Virus record (IMG/VR): IMGVR_UViG_3300020414_000008
Coordinates: 32,001-96,000 of that record
Length of the DNA: 64,000 nt
Strand: one strand, 5' to 3'
From: a virus
Lineage: Duplodnaviria; Caudoviricetes
In this document: positions 38,748-47,716 of the stretch, piece by piece
Position numbering within the stretch: the stretch's first letter is position 1
Layout of the letters: every line of letters begins with the position of its first letter
Translations under genes and position numbers: made by a program
Notes under the pieces: model-generated
Seen by the model: only the letters and a program-made list of their open reading frames with translations
Database searches by the model: none
Told to the model about the DNA's origin: nothing

Positions 38748-39145
38748 TAAAAGAAAGAAAAAACAAAGTTAAGTGGAATGGTGAAAAACAAGTGAAGAGA
38801 AATGTAGAGGAATCCGCAATAGAATATTGTGAAAGACTATATCCAAACACGACAACTGAGTTTAAAAAGATTCAAGAAGAAATGTATGAAACATTCTGTA
38901 AAAAACAAAGAAATTACGGACCCGATAACATTTCAGTTGGTTCTAACTTAGAAACTGATGATGAAATAAAGATATCACTAACAGGTTTATGGTTCAGAAT
39001 GAATGATAAAATCCAAAGACTAAAACAATTAGTAGTTTTAGGTCAACCTGATGAAGTTGGTGAAAACATCCAAGATACATACGAAGATATGAGTGTTTAT
39101 GGAGTTATAGCACAGATAGTCCAAAGAAAGAAGTGGGCTAAGTAA
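38735..39145 (+). CDS. Nucleotide-modification-associated domain protein (DUF1599/Nmad1-like, all-alpha NTP-PPase-like)
   Basis: KKQRNYG; RMNDKIQRL; E.IQDTYEDMSVYGVIA. Confidence 0.75.
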   Translation: MAEVIKERKNKVKWNGEKQVKRNVEESAIEYCERLYPNTTTEFKKIQEEMYETFCKKQRNYGPDNISVGSNLETDDEIKISLTGLWFRMNDKIQRLKQLVVLGQPDEVGENIQDTYEDMSVYGVIAQIVQRKKWAK

Positions 39146-39148
39146 AAT

Positions 39149-39204
39149 TTAACAATTATTTAACATAAAAGATTTGGTAATTCCAAGTCTTTTTCTTATC
39201 TTTA
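39149..39204 (+). promoter_or_regulatory. Host-type promoter with two TTAACA boxes
   Basis: TTAACA at 39149 and 39160; TTTG(39173)-N20-TATCTTTA(39197). Confidence 0.7.
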
Positions 39205-39209
39205 TGTAG

Positions 39210-40151
39210 ATGAAAAAATCAATGGTATCCAATATATTCAATTTTCCCGTACACAAAGAAGGGAAAGATGATAAGAAGGTTTCCTATTCACAGTATACAA
39301 TGTGGGCAAACTGTCCTAAACAGTGGAAACTAACCTATATGGATGGTCACAAAGACTTCGACCCATCCATACACTTATTATTCGGTACCGCAATGCATGA
39401 GACTATACAATCTTGGTTACAAGTTATGTATAATGACTCTGCAACAAAAGCAAATGAAATGGACCTTAATGGACTCTTGTTAGAAGAAATGACTAAAGAG
39501 TACAAAAAGACCATGGCAATATACGGAATTAAGTTTACCAATCGTAGTGAAATGAATGAGTTCTACGATGATGGTATACAAATACTCGATTTCTTGAAAA
39601 AGAATCGGTCTGCATACTTTTCAACTCGTAATATGAAACTTGTTGGTGTAGAATTACCTATTTATTATCCCGTATCAGATGATAGTCAAATCATGATGAA
39701 AGGTTTCCTTGACTTGGTATTTGAAGACAGTGATGGAAATATTGAAATATGGGATATCAAAACATCAACAAAAGGTTGGAACAAGTGGCAGAAAGCGGAT
39801 AAAACAAAAACCGCACAATTAGTTTTATACAAAAAGTTTTTCTCAGAACAATATGGTTATCCATTAGATAGAATACAAGTAAGGTATTTTATTGTAAAAA
39901 GAAAGTTGTGGGAAGAGGCAATGTTTGCACAAAAGAGGGTACAAGAGTTTGTACCACCTCACGGTAAACCTACCTTAAATAAAATAGTAAAGAATTTTAA
40001 CCAATTTATTGAAAGTAGTTTTAACGATGATGGAACATACAATACAGTTGGTGAGTTCCCTGCATTAGCAGGTAAGAACAACAAGAACTGTAGATGGTGT
40101 CCTTTCAAAGATAGTGAATTGTGTAACAAAAAGGAACGTATAAAATCTTAA
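39210..40151 (+). CDS. PD-(D/E)xK exonuclease, RecB/Cas4-like
   Basis: SYSQ...CP; GTAMH; GFLDL; WDIKT; QLVLY; CRWCPF...C. Confidence 0.88.
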   Translation: MKKSMVSNIFNFPVHKEGKDDKKVSYSQYTMWANCPKQWKLTYMDGHKDFDPSIHLLFGTAMHETIQSWLQVMYNDSATKANEMDLNGLLLEEMTKEYKKTMAIYGIKFTNRSEMNEFYDDGIQILDFLKKNRSAYFSTRNMKLVGVELPIYYPVSDDSQIMMKGFLDLVFEDSDGNIEIWDIKTSTKGWNKWQKADKTKTAQLVLYKKFFSEQYGYPLDRIQVRYFIVKRKLWEEAMFAQKRVQEFVPPHGKPTLNKIVKNFNQFIESSFNDDGTYNTVGEFPALAGKNNKNCRWCPFKDSELCNKKERIKS

Positions 40152-40152
40152 T

Positions 40153-40683
40153 ATGAGAACTTTATTTATATGGGTTTCTTTACTTTTAGTTAGTTCAAGT
40201 AAAGTAGAAAATCCAAGGGTAGAACCAATTACGGTTCTTGAACCTAAACCAATAAAAGAACTAACGGTGGAAACAACACCAATGATTCTAAAAATACCTG
40301 ATAGAGATATTTCAGACTTAGTAGGAGCGATGATACAGGTAGAATCACAAGGAGACCCAAGTGCATTTGCTAAAGGAGAGAATGCAGCAGGTATCTTACA
40401 AATAAGACCAATAATGGTCAATGAAGTAAATAGACTACTTCATAAATTTGATTCTGAAAAATTCTATACATTAGATGACAGATGGGATGAGAAGAAGTCT
40501 ATAGAAATGTTTTATATAATTTACAATTATTACCACAAAGATAGTTCATATGAAGAAATTGCAAGGTGTTGGAATGGTGGTCCGAAAGGATTACAGAAAA
40601 AACAAACTAAAAGGTATTGGAAAAAGGTACAAAAAGAATTGGTCAAGTATGAGAGTAGCGTTGATAGGTCACGAGACGTATGA
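40153..40683 (+). CDS. Exported lysozyme-fold muramidase/lytic transglycosylase
   Basis: Hydrophobic N-terminus; IQVES.G; AAGILQI; ARCWNGGP. Confidence 0.75.
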   Translation: MRTLFIWVSLLLVSSSKVENPRVEPITVLEPKPIKELTVETTPMILKIPDRDISDLVGAMIQVESQGDPSAFAKGENAAGILQIRPIMVNEVNRLLHKFDSEKFYTLDDRWDEKKSIEMFYIIYNYYHKDSSYEEIARCWNGGPKGLQKKQTKRYWKKVQKELVKYESSVDRSRDV

Positions 40684-41044
40684 AAATAGAGGAGAAATAA
40701 AAGAGTTAATCTTTAACTTAAAGAAAAAGTTTGGTGACGACCTAATCATAGTTACACGAGGTAAAAAAAATGGTATTGAAAAGTGGGTTAGAAAGTACTC
40801 GTTAGAAATGAGTGTAAAGTATATCGAATATAATCCTGCACATACATCTGTAACGTTGTATAGTGGAATGGAAGATGACTATTACGATAAACCATATCAC
40901 CCAACACAACCACTTCACCAATATGATTGTATCGTACATAACTCAGATAAGATAGTTTATTTTGGGGAGATACAAAGGAATGAATTTAATCATTTCAACA
41001 GATTGTTAAATAGATGGAAAAAGAAAGCAAGTTTCGTACAATGA
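40649..41044 (+). CDS. SLOG/YspA-like (DUF2493-like) protein
   Basis: MRVALIG...IVTRG..NGIEKW...IVHNSDKIVYF. Confidence 0.55.
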   Translation: MRVALIGHETYENRGEIKELIFNLKKKFGDDLIIVTRGKKNGIEKWVRKYSLEMSVKYIEYNPAHTSVTLYSGMEDDYYDKPYHPTQPLHQYDCIVHNSDKIVYFGEIQRNEFNHFNRLLNRWKKKASFVQ

Positions 41045-41385
41045 ATGAAATAGAATATAGACCTTGGGGTAGATACGAGGTATTGTTAGATGACCCCACT
41101 ACAAAAGTAAAAAGAATTACAGTAGAACCTCACAGAAAGTTGTCGTACCAATATCACCACAAAAGACAGGAATGTTGGACCGTGATAAAGGGTGAGTTGA
41201 CAATTGTTTTAGATGACGAAAAAGTATTCAGAAAGTATGGTGAGACCATCAGAATACCATTAGGAGCAAAACACAGAGCATGGAATGAGACAGATGAACC
41301 CGTTGAGTTTATAGAAGTTCAAACAGGTACATATTTTGGTGAAGATGATATTGTTAGAATTTCTGATGAATATAATAGGATTTAA
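41041..41385 (+). CDS. Cupin, mannose-6-phosphate isomerase type II C-terminal domain
   Basis: RPWG; LSYQYH..RQECW; HRAWN; IEVQTGTYFGEDDIVR. Confidence 0.9.
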   Translation: MNEIEYRPWGRYEVLLDDPTTKVKRITVEPHRKLSYQYHHKRQECWTVIKGELTIVLDDEKVFRKYGETIRIPLGAKHRAWNETDEPVEFIEVQTGTYFGEDDIVRISDEYNRI

Positions 41386-41400
41386 TTAATTTTTTTTGTA

Positions 41401-41408
41401 TATTTATA
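41401..41408 (+). promoter_or_regulatory. Putative late promoter heading the glycosylation island
   Basis: TATTTATA, intergenic. Confidence 0.55.
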
Positions 41409-41434
41409 GTTAAATAAAAAAGAAGAAGTTACAC

Positions 41435-42859
41435 ATGAGTATAGAACTACCAAAACTAAAGAAGGTATCTAAGGACAAAGTAAAGAAACCAAAGATACTT
41501 TTACTTTCCGATGATTTACGATTACATAGTGGAATCGCAACACAATCAAAAGAAATTGTATTGTCAACAGTACACAAATATGATTGGGTACAGTTGGGTG
41601 CAGCATTAAAACACCCTGAATCAGGTAAAACACTTATCTTAGACGCCGATGTTCAAAAAGAAACAGGAGTCAAAGACGCAAGTGTAAAAATATATTGTAA
41701 TACAGGTTACGGTAATCCCGATATACTAAGACAATTAATAAACATAGAAAAACCTGACGCAATCTTACACTTTACAGACCCAAGATTTTGGAGATGGTTG
41801 TATGAGATGGAAAATGAAATTAGACAGATTTGTCCAATCATGTATTACAACATTTGGGATTCACTTCCTGACCCACTATGGAACGCACCATTTTACGCAA
41901 GTTGTGACTTACTATTAGGTATATCAAAACAAACCTATGGTATCAATAAAAGAACACTTGAAAAAACAGGGATGTCAAAAGAAGATTGGAATCACAAGTA
42001 TATTCCTCACGGTGTAACTAAACTATTTAAACCATTATCGGATATGGACCCAAAATTAGTTGAGTTCAAACAGAAGTTTAAATTAGACAAATACGACTTT
42101 ATTGTAGGTTGGAATAACAGAAACATTCGTAGAAAAGTGCCAGGTGATGTAGTTGAAGCATTTAGTAGATTCGCAGAAATGAATCCTGATAAAAAAATGT
42201 TATTGTTTTTACATACCTCTCCGAGTGACCCGAATGGTACAGACATTCCTGAGGTTATCAAACATTGTGGTAAATTTGGTGAATACAAGTTTACACAATC
42301 AGGACCGAAGACACAAGCATTTCCAACAGACGTATTAAACTTATATTACAATTCATGTGATGTAGTTTTAAATGTCGCATCTAATGAAGGGTTTGGATTA
42401 GGTTCTTGTGAAGCAATGAGAGCAGGTACTCCAATCATCGTAAATGTCACAGGTGGACTACAAGACCAATGTGGATTCAGAAAAGATGGTAAACTACTTA
42501 CAGCAGAAGATTATGTTGAAATAGGTTCACTTCATCAGTGGAGAAAATGGAAAGGTAAATTAGAACATGGTGAGTGGGTTAAACCTGTATGGCCAACAAA
42601 TTTATCATTACAGGGGTCACCTGTTACTCCTTATATCTATGATGATAGATGTGATGCTATCGATATCGCGGAAAACCTTAATGAGTTTTTCAAAATGGGT
42701 AGAGAAGAATGTGAAAGAGTTGGTATGTTAGGTCATGAGTTTGTAGTAGGTGAAGGTGATATGGCATCAGAAACAATGGGTGAAAAGTTTATTGAAGCAA
42801 TTGATACTTGTTTTGAAAATTGGAAACCAAGAAAAAGATTTGACTTATGGAAAGTATAA
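41435..42859 (+). CDS. GT4-like glycosyltransferase
   Basis: NRNIRRK; YNSCD...SNEGFGL..CEAM.AGTPII. Confidence 0.88.
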   Translation: MSIELPKLKKVSKDKVKKPKILLLSDDLRLHSGIATQSKEIVLSTVHKYDWVQLGAALKHPESGKTLILDADVQKETGVKDASVKIYCNTGYGNPDILRQLINIEKPDAILHFTDPRFWRWLYEMENEIRQICPIMYYNIWDSLPDPLWNAPFYASCDLLLGISKQTYGINKRTLEKTGMSKEDWNHKYIPHGVTKLFKPLSDMDPKLVEFKQKFKLDKYDFIVGWNNRNIRRKVPGDVVEAFSRFAEMNPDKKMLLFLHTSPSDPNGTDIPEVIKHCGKFGEYKFTQSGPKTQAFPTDVLNLYYNSCDVVLNVASNEGFGLGSCEAMRAGTPIIVNVTGGLQDQCGFRKDGKLLTAEDYVEIGSLHQWRKWKGKLEHGEWVKPVWPTNLSLQGSPVTPYIYDDRCDAIDIAENLNEFFKMGREECERVGMLGHEFVVGEGDMASETMGEKFIEAIDTCFENWKPRKRFDLWKV

Positions 42860-44139
42860 AAAAGTTATGTGTAGTTAGTTGTCCAATCGCCACAAGAAGT
42901 GGTTATGGGGCAAGAAGTAGAGATTTTGTAAGAGCACTTATTGAACAAAAAGGTGATGAGTGGGATATCAAAATCCTTTCTCAAAGATGGGGTGATTTGA
43001 GTATGAACGCATTGACTCCCGATGATAAAGATTTGACTTCAAGGATGATTAATAAGTTAGAACAGAAACCTGATGTATGGTTTCAGATAACTATTCCAAA
43101 TGAGTTTACTCCTGTTGGTCATTTTAATGTTGGTGTATCCGCAGTTATTGAAACATCAGACGCAACTGCAGAATTTATCGAGGGTTGTAATAGAATGGAC
43201 TTGACTATAGTATCATCAGAACATTCAAAGAAGACTCTATCAGCAGTATATGATAAACTAAACGAACAAACAAAAGAAAAAGTAGGTGAACTAAAAATAG
43301 AAAAACCTGTTGAAGTTTTGTTTGAAGGATATGACACGAAAATATATGACCATAAAAAACCAATATCAAAAACAATAGAAAAAACATTATCAGAGATTCC
43401 TGAACAATTTTGTTTCTTATTTGTAGGACATTGGTTACAGGGTGATTTAGGTGAGGACAGAAAAGGTATCGCAGCATTAGTACACTCATTTTTGACGACA
43501 TTTAAGACAAATAGTTTTAATAAAAAATCACAACCAGCATTGATACTAAAAACATCTGTTGGTAAATCATCTATAACAAGTGTTCACGATGTAAAAAAGA
43601 AAATTGAAAAAATCAAAGAAATGGATGGTATGAATGGAATACTTCCAAACATATACATTCTTGATGGTGATATGACAGATGAAGAAATGAATTCATTGTA
43701 TAATCATCCTAAAGTAAAATCTCATATATCATTTACTCATGGTGAGGGATTTGGTAGACCATTACTTGAAGCATGTGTTAGTGGTAAACCTATTATCGCA
43801 TCAGGGTGGAGTGGTCACTTAGACTTTTTACATCCTCAATACAACTTTTTACTTGGTGGTGAATTAGTAGAAATCCATCCATCAGCCAGAAATAAGTGGT
43901 TCCAAGAAGGGAGTAAATGGTTTAAAGTAAATTATTCTCAAGGTTCAGGTACTATGAAAGCGGTATTTGATAAGTATAAGAAAGCATTAGAACAGTCCCG
44001 AAAGAATAGACAGTATGTAAAGAGTAATTTTACAAAAGAACATATGTCAACTAAATTGGGTGAAATATTCGACCAATATAAAGTAGGTGAAGGACCACAA
44101 CAAGTTACTTTAAAATTACCTAAGTTGAAGAAGAAATAA
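42847..44139 (+). CDS. GT4-like glycosyltransferase
   Basis: SGYG; FLFVG; DRKG; GEGFGRPLLEA..SGKPII. Confidence 0.88.
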   Translation: MESIKKLCVVSCPIATRSGYGARSRDFVRALIEQKGDEWDIKILSQRWGDLSMNALTPDDKDLTSRMINKLEQKPDVWFQITIPNEFTPVGHFNVGVSAVIETSDATAEFIEGCNRMDLTIVSSEHSKKTLSAVYDKLNEQTKEKVGELKIEKPVEVLFEGYDTKIYDHKKPISKTIEKTLSEIPEQFCFLFVGHWLQGDLGEDRKGIAALVHSFLTTFKTNSFNKKSQPALILKTSVGKSSITSVHDVKKKIEKIKEMDGMNGILPNIYILDGDMTDEEMNSLYNHPKVKSHISFTHGEGFGRPLLEACVSGKPIIASGWSGHLDFLHPQYNFLLGGELVEIHPSARNKWFQEGSKWFKVNYSQGSGTMKAVFDKYKKALEQSRKNRQYVKSNFTKEHMSTKLGEIFDQYKVGEGPQQVTLKLPKLKKK

Positions 44140-44654
44140 TGACAGACTTTACAAGTAGACATAGAAGTAATATGAAAGACCCGACTAAGATTAGTAAATC
44201 TAAGTTGGAAAGAGGAATGGTTGCAAAAATCAGATACAAAAAGGTAGATGGTAAACAACGAGATTACTTTGTGTTTGTTTTACAACCTGATTTTAAATTA
44301 AAATTCCATTGTTTAGATTTGAAACATTGTTCACCACAGAGTTTTATCAAATTAGCAGAAGATTTAGATGAGGTGTTTAGTACAACAAAGGGGATTAGAA
44401 AATTAGATTTAACTAAATTAAGAATCGAAGAAAACTCTAAACAGTTTTATACGGGAGTTATTAGAAGTAAAAAACTTCAAGTAGGTTACAGAACTTTAGT
44501 TGAAAAAAATGTAGGTTCAGTTTTGGTCTATAATTACGATTATGGTAACTATGACAAAGTTCCACCAGCAACAGTAAGAAGACAACAAGAACAAGTAAGA
44601 AAAGATGACACGGATTTGGAGACAACACAAGATACTCCACCCGTAGGACTATAA
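44139..44654 (+). CDS. Hypothetical protein
   Basis: Translationally coupled ORF; only a weak likeness to DNA end-protector proteins. Confidence 0.6.
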   Translation: MTDFTSRHRSNMKDPTKISKSKLERGMVAKIRYKKVDGKQRDYFVFVLQPDFKLKFHCLDLKHCSPQSFIKLAEDLDEVFSTTKGIRKLDLTKLRIEENSKQFYTGVIRSKKLQVGYRTLVEKNVGSVLVYNYDYGNYDKVPPATVRRQQEQVRKDDTDLETTQDTPPVGL

Positions 44655-44663
44655 AATTAAATT

Positions 44664-45287
44664 ATGAAAATTAGTTACGCAATAACAGTATGTAATGAGT
44701 TTGTAGAATTACAATCACTTTTACCTCACATCTTAAAATACAAAAGAAGAGAAGATGAGGTTGTAATATTATTTGACGAATCAAAAGGTGATGAGGGGAT
44801 AGAGGAGTTTTTAAGAGCGAAATCTGTCAACAACGCATTCGCATGGCATAAAGATAAATTTGATGGTCACTTCGGTGATTGGAAAAACAAGTTGACTGAT
44901 TTATGTAACGGTGATTACATTTTTCAGATTGACGCAGACGAAATACCAAGTAAGGTATTATTACAGAGTATACCCGATATTCTAACAATGAACAACGTTG
45001 ATGTAGTTCTTGTTCCAAGAATAAATACGGTAGAAGGTTTGACCCAAGAACATATCCAAAAGTGGGGATGGAGAGTTGATGAAAAAGGTTGGATTAATTG
45101 GCCAGACCCTCAGTGGAGAATATATAGAAAATCAGATACCATTCGTTGGGTAAACAAGGTACACGAGAAAATCGAAGGATACGAGACTATCTCTAACTTA
45201 CCTTCTTTAGAAGAGTTCGCATTGTTACACCCAAAAGATATCAAAAGACAAGAAAAACAAAATGAGTATTACGATACCCTTGTGTAA
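44664..45287 (+). CDS. GT2-family glycosyltransferase
   Basis: ISYAITVCNE; IFQIDADE; VHE. Confidence 0.85.
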   Translation: MKISYAITVCNEFVELQSLLPHILKYKRREDEVVILFDESKGDEGIEEFLRAKSVNNAFAWHKDKFDGHFGDWKNKLTDLCNGDYIFQIDADEIPSKVLLQSIPDILTMNNVDVVLVPRINTVEGLTQEHIQKWGWRVDEKGWINWPDPQWRIYRKSDTIRWVNKVHEKIEGYETISNLPSLEEFALLHPKDIKRQEKQNEYYDTLV

Positions 45288-45338
45288 TCGCGTTTTTGGA
45301 AACGATATGTGTGTCAAAAGAAAATTTAACAATTTCCT

Positions 45339-47036
45339 ATGTTATTAGATTGTACATTAAGAGACGGTGGTTACTATACTAATTGGGACTTTGATACCCA
45401 AATGGTCAAAGACCTTATTAGCGCATGTGATTTATCGGGGGTTGACGTAATCGAGTTAGGTTACAAGTCGCCAGTAAAGGGTGGTAAGTATCGTAAATGT
45501 AACGATAGGTTTATTTGGGACGTATTAGATTATAGACTTCCCGTAAACGTAAAACTTGCGTTTATGATTGACGCGAAAGATTTCATCAAAGATGGTGGAG
45601 TAGACTTTTCATTGATTGACGATTGTATAAATCCGTTTGGTGATTCACCATTTGAGATTTGTAGACTTGCAATCAAACATTCCGAGATTGAATTATCAAA
45701 ACAAATCGGTGAATACATAAACAAAAAAGGATATCGATTAGTAATCAATCTTATGGGTATCTCGTTATTGAGTGATTCTGAAATAAAAGAATTTGGAACA
45801 CTAAACGAGTTAAAACCTGAAGCATTATATTTTGCGGATTCCTACGGAAATCTTACACCTGATAGAACAACTGAATTAGTAAAGTTGTTTAGTGAGTTTG
45901 GTTGTGAGGTCGGGGTTCACACACACGACAATCTTGGTCTTGCTTTTGCAAACTGTTTATCGGCAGAGAAAGAAGGAGCAACTTGGATTGATGGGACTCT
46001 TCTTGGAATGGGTAGAGGTGTCGGGAATGTCAAAACAGAACAACTCGTCACATATTATCAGTACGGTGAGGGAAACAAAACGTATAACTGTAAACCTCTT
46101 CAAGAGGTGATTAGAAAGTGGATGACCCCGTTGATGGAAACACACAAGTGGGGATTCACACACAATTATATGGTTAGTGGATTAAAACACATCCACCCAC
46201 TGTATCCACAGAATCTACAACAGTCACATCTGAACCCTAATAGAATCGAAGATATTTTATTGGACATACCTGATTCCCTTAGGTTTGATTCTGAAAAGAT
46301 TGAAGAGGTGATTGAACCAAAAGTTGCGGTGGTTATACCTGCGAGATACAAATCAAGTAGATTTCCTGGCAAACCACTCGCCAAGATTCTTGGGACCGAG
46401 ATGATTATTTGGGTCGCCGGGATTGCAGAAAATGCTGTTGGTAAAGACAATGTTTATATCGCAACAGAAAATGAAGAAATTGTAGACTTAGTAAAAAGTC
46501 ACGGATACAAAGTAGTGTTAACATCAGACTCTTGTCCGACAGGAACAGACAGAGTAGCAGAAGCAGCATTAGAGATTGACGCAGATTTTATTATCAATAT
46601 CCAAGGTGATGAACCAATGTTAAATTCTAATGACATACAAAAGGTGATAGACAAAATGATAGAGAATCCAAATCATGTCATAAATTGTATGGCACCTTTG
46701 AACAAACACGAAAATGTAGAAGATAAGAAAATACCAAAAGTAATAACAAATCTAAAAGACGAGTTAATTTGGTGTTCAAGAAACCCACTTCCTGGCTTAA
46801 AGGAAGGTCTTCCAACTAATCCAATGAAACAAGTTTGTATCTATGGATTCAATAGAGACCACTTAAAAGCATTTTGGAGTTATGGAAAGAAAACCCCACT
46901 TGAGTTTCAAGAAGATATCGAGATTGATAGATTCATAGAAATGGGGTATAAAATTAAAATGGTTAGATTGGATGGAAGTACAGTAGCAGTTGACTATCCT
47001 GAAGATATAGAATTAGTAGAGAAATTATTAGCATGA
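45339..47036 (+). CDS. Fusion of a DRE-TIM (HOA-like) aldolase and a CMP-Kdo synthetase (KdsB-like) cytidylyltransferase
   Basis: N-terminal: LDCTLRDGGY, FADSYG, HTHDNLG, GMGRGVGN. C-terminal: IPARYKSSRFPGKPL, GTDR, NIQGDEP, AVDYPED. Confidence 0.88.
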   Translation: MLLDCTLRDGGYYTNWDFDTQMVKDLISACDLSGVDVIELGYKSPVKGGKYRKCNDRFIWDVLDYRLPVNVKLAFMIDAKDFIKDGGVDFSLIDDCINPFGDSPFEICRLAIKHSEIELSKQIGEYINKKGYRLVINLMGISLLSDSEIKEFGTLNELKPEALYFADSYGNLTPDRTTELVKLFSEFGCEVGVHTHDNLGLAFANCLSAEKEGATWIDGTLLGMGRGVGNVKTEQLVTYYQYGEGNKTYNCKPLQEVIRKWMTPLMETHKWGFTHNYMVSGLKHIHPLYPQNLQQSHLNPNRIEDILLDIPDSLRFDSEKIEEVIEPKVAVVIPARYKSSRFPGKPLAKILGTEMIIWVAGIAENAVGKDNVYIATENEEIVDLVKSHGYKVVLTSDSCPTGTDRVAEAALEIDADFIINIQGDEPMLNSNDIQKVIDKMIENPNHVINCMAPLNKHENVEDKKIPKVITNLKDELIWCSRNPLPGLKEGLPTNPMKQVCIYGFNRDHLKAFWSYGKKTPLEFQEDIEIDRFIEMGYKIKMVRLDGSTVAVDYPEDIELVEKLLA

Positions 47037-47716
47037 ACGGAATTAGAATAGTACACGCAGGTGGTGTTGGTGATGGACTAATGATGTCATCAGTCATAAA
47101 AGAAAAATACTGTAAAGAATACGACATGGTCTACTTAGACGTTCAAAAAGGTAGACTTAATTGGTTGTTTAAAAAACTGTATAATGATACACCAAACATT
47201 CAGTTTGGTACAGGAGCAAAAGATAACACTATTAAATTAGGTTTTGCATCTGCGGTAGAGGGTCCAAAGTGGAGAGAGTTGTCTTGGAATCGAGACCTTG
47301 AAGAAGAGGATAGATTGTATCAGGATTTAGTAAATGAGGTTGGTGAGGATTATATCATAGTCCACGAAAGAGGTCAAGATAATGTTTTCAGGAAGATGTA
47401 TCCTATAAACAGAAACTACTTTGAGAATGACCAACTACCTGTAATCAATGTTCACGCAAGGGAAGGACATATATTAGATTACAGTAAAGTACTACAAAAC
47501 GCAAAAGAGATTCATGTTTACGAGGGAAGTTTTATGAACCTTGCTGATGCAGTCGTAGATGGGTCTAAAGTGCCTTTGTATGGTCATTTGTATTGTAAAC
47601 AACACTACTTTGACCCACATTTGGTACACAATCAAATCATACAATATATAAAAGCCGGAAAATGGCACAAAAACAATTGGAATTATTTATGGGAAATATC
47701 GGAAACACTAATATGA
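47033..47716 (+). CDS. Putative glycosyltransferase (GT9/GT11-like signature)
   Basis: GGVGD at the N-terminus; IIVHER; located in the glycosylation island. Confidence 0.45.
   Translation: MNGIRIVHAGGVGDGLMMSSVIKEKYCKEYDMVYLDVQKGRLNWLFKKLYNDTPNIQFGTGAKDNTIKLGFASAVEGPKWRELSWNRDLEEEDRLYQDLVNEVGEDYIIVHERGQDNVFRKMYPINRNYFENDQLPVINVHAREGHILDYSKVLQNAKEIHVYEGSFMNLADAVVDGSKVPLYGHLYCKQHYFDPHLVHNQIIQYIKAGKWHKNNWNYLWEISETLI

Noticed and set aside
39210-40151. Cas4 as evidence of CRISPR-Cas
   Set aside because: It is a stand-alone RecB/Cas4-like nuclease of a type common in phages, with no cas1/cas2 or array.
44139-44654. T4 gp2 DNA end protector
   Set aside because: The resemblance is too weak to call without a profile search.
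45290-45306. CGTTT-ttgg-AAACG hairpin as a terminator
   Set aside because: The stem is weak (5 bp) and has no U tract.
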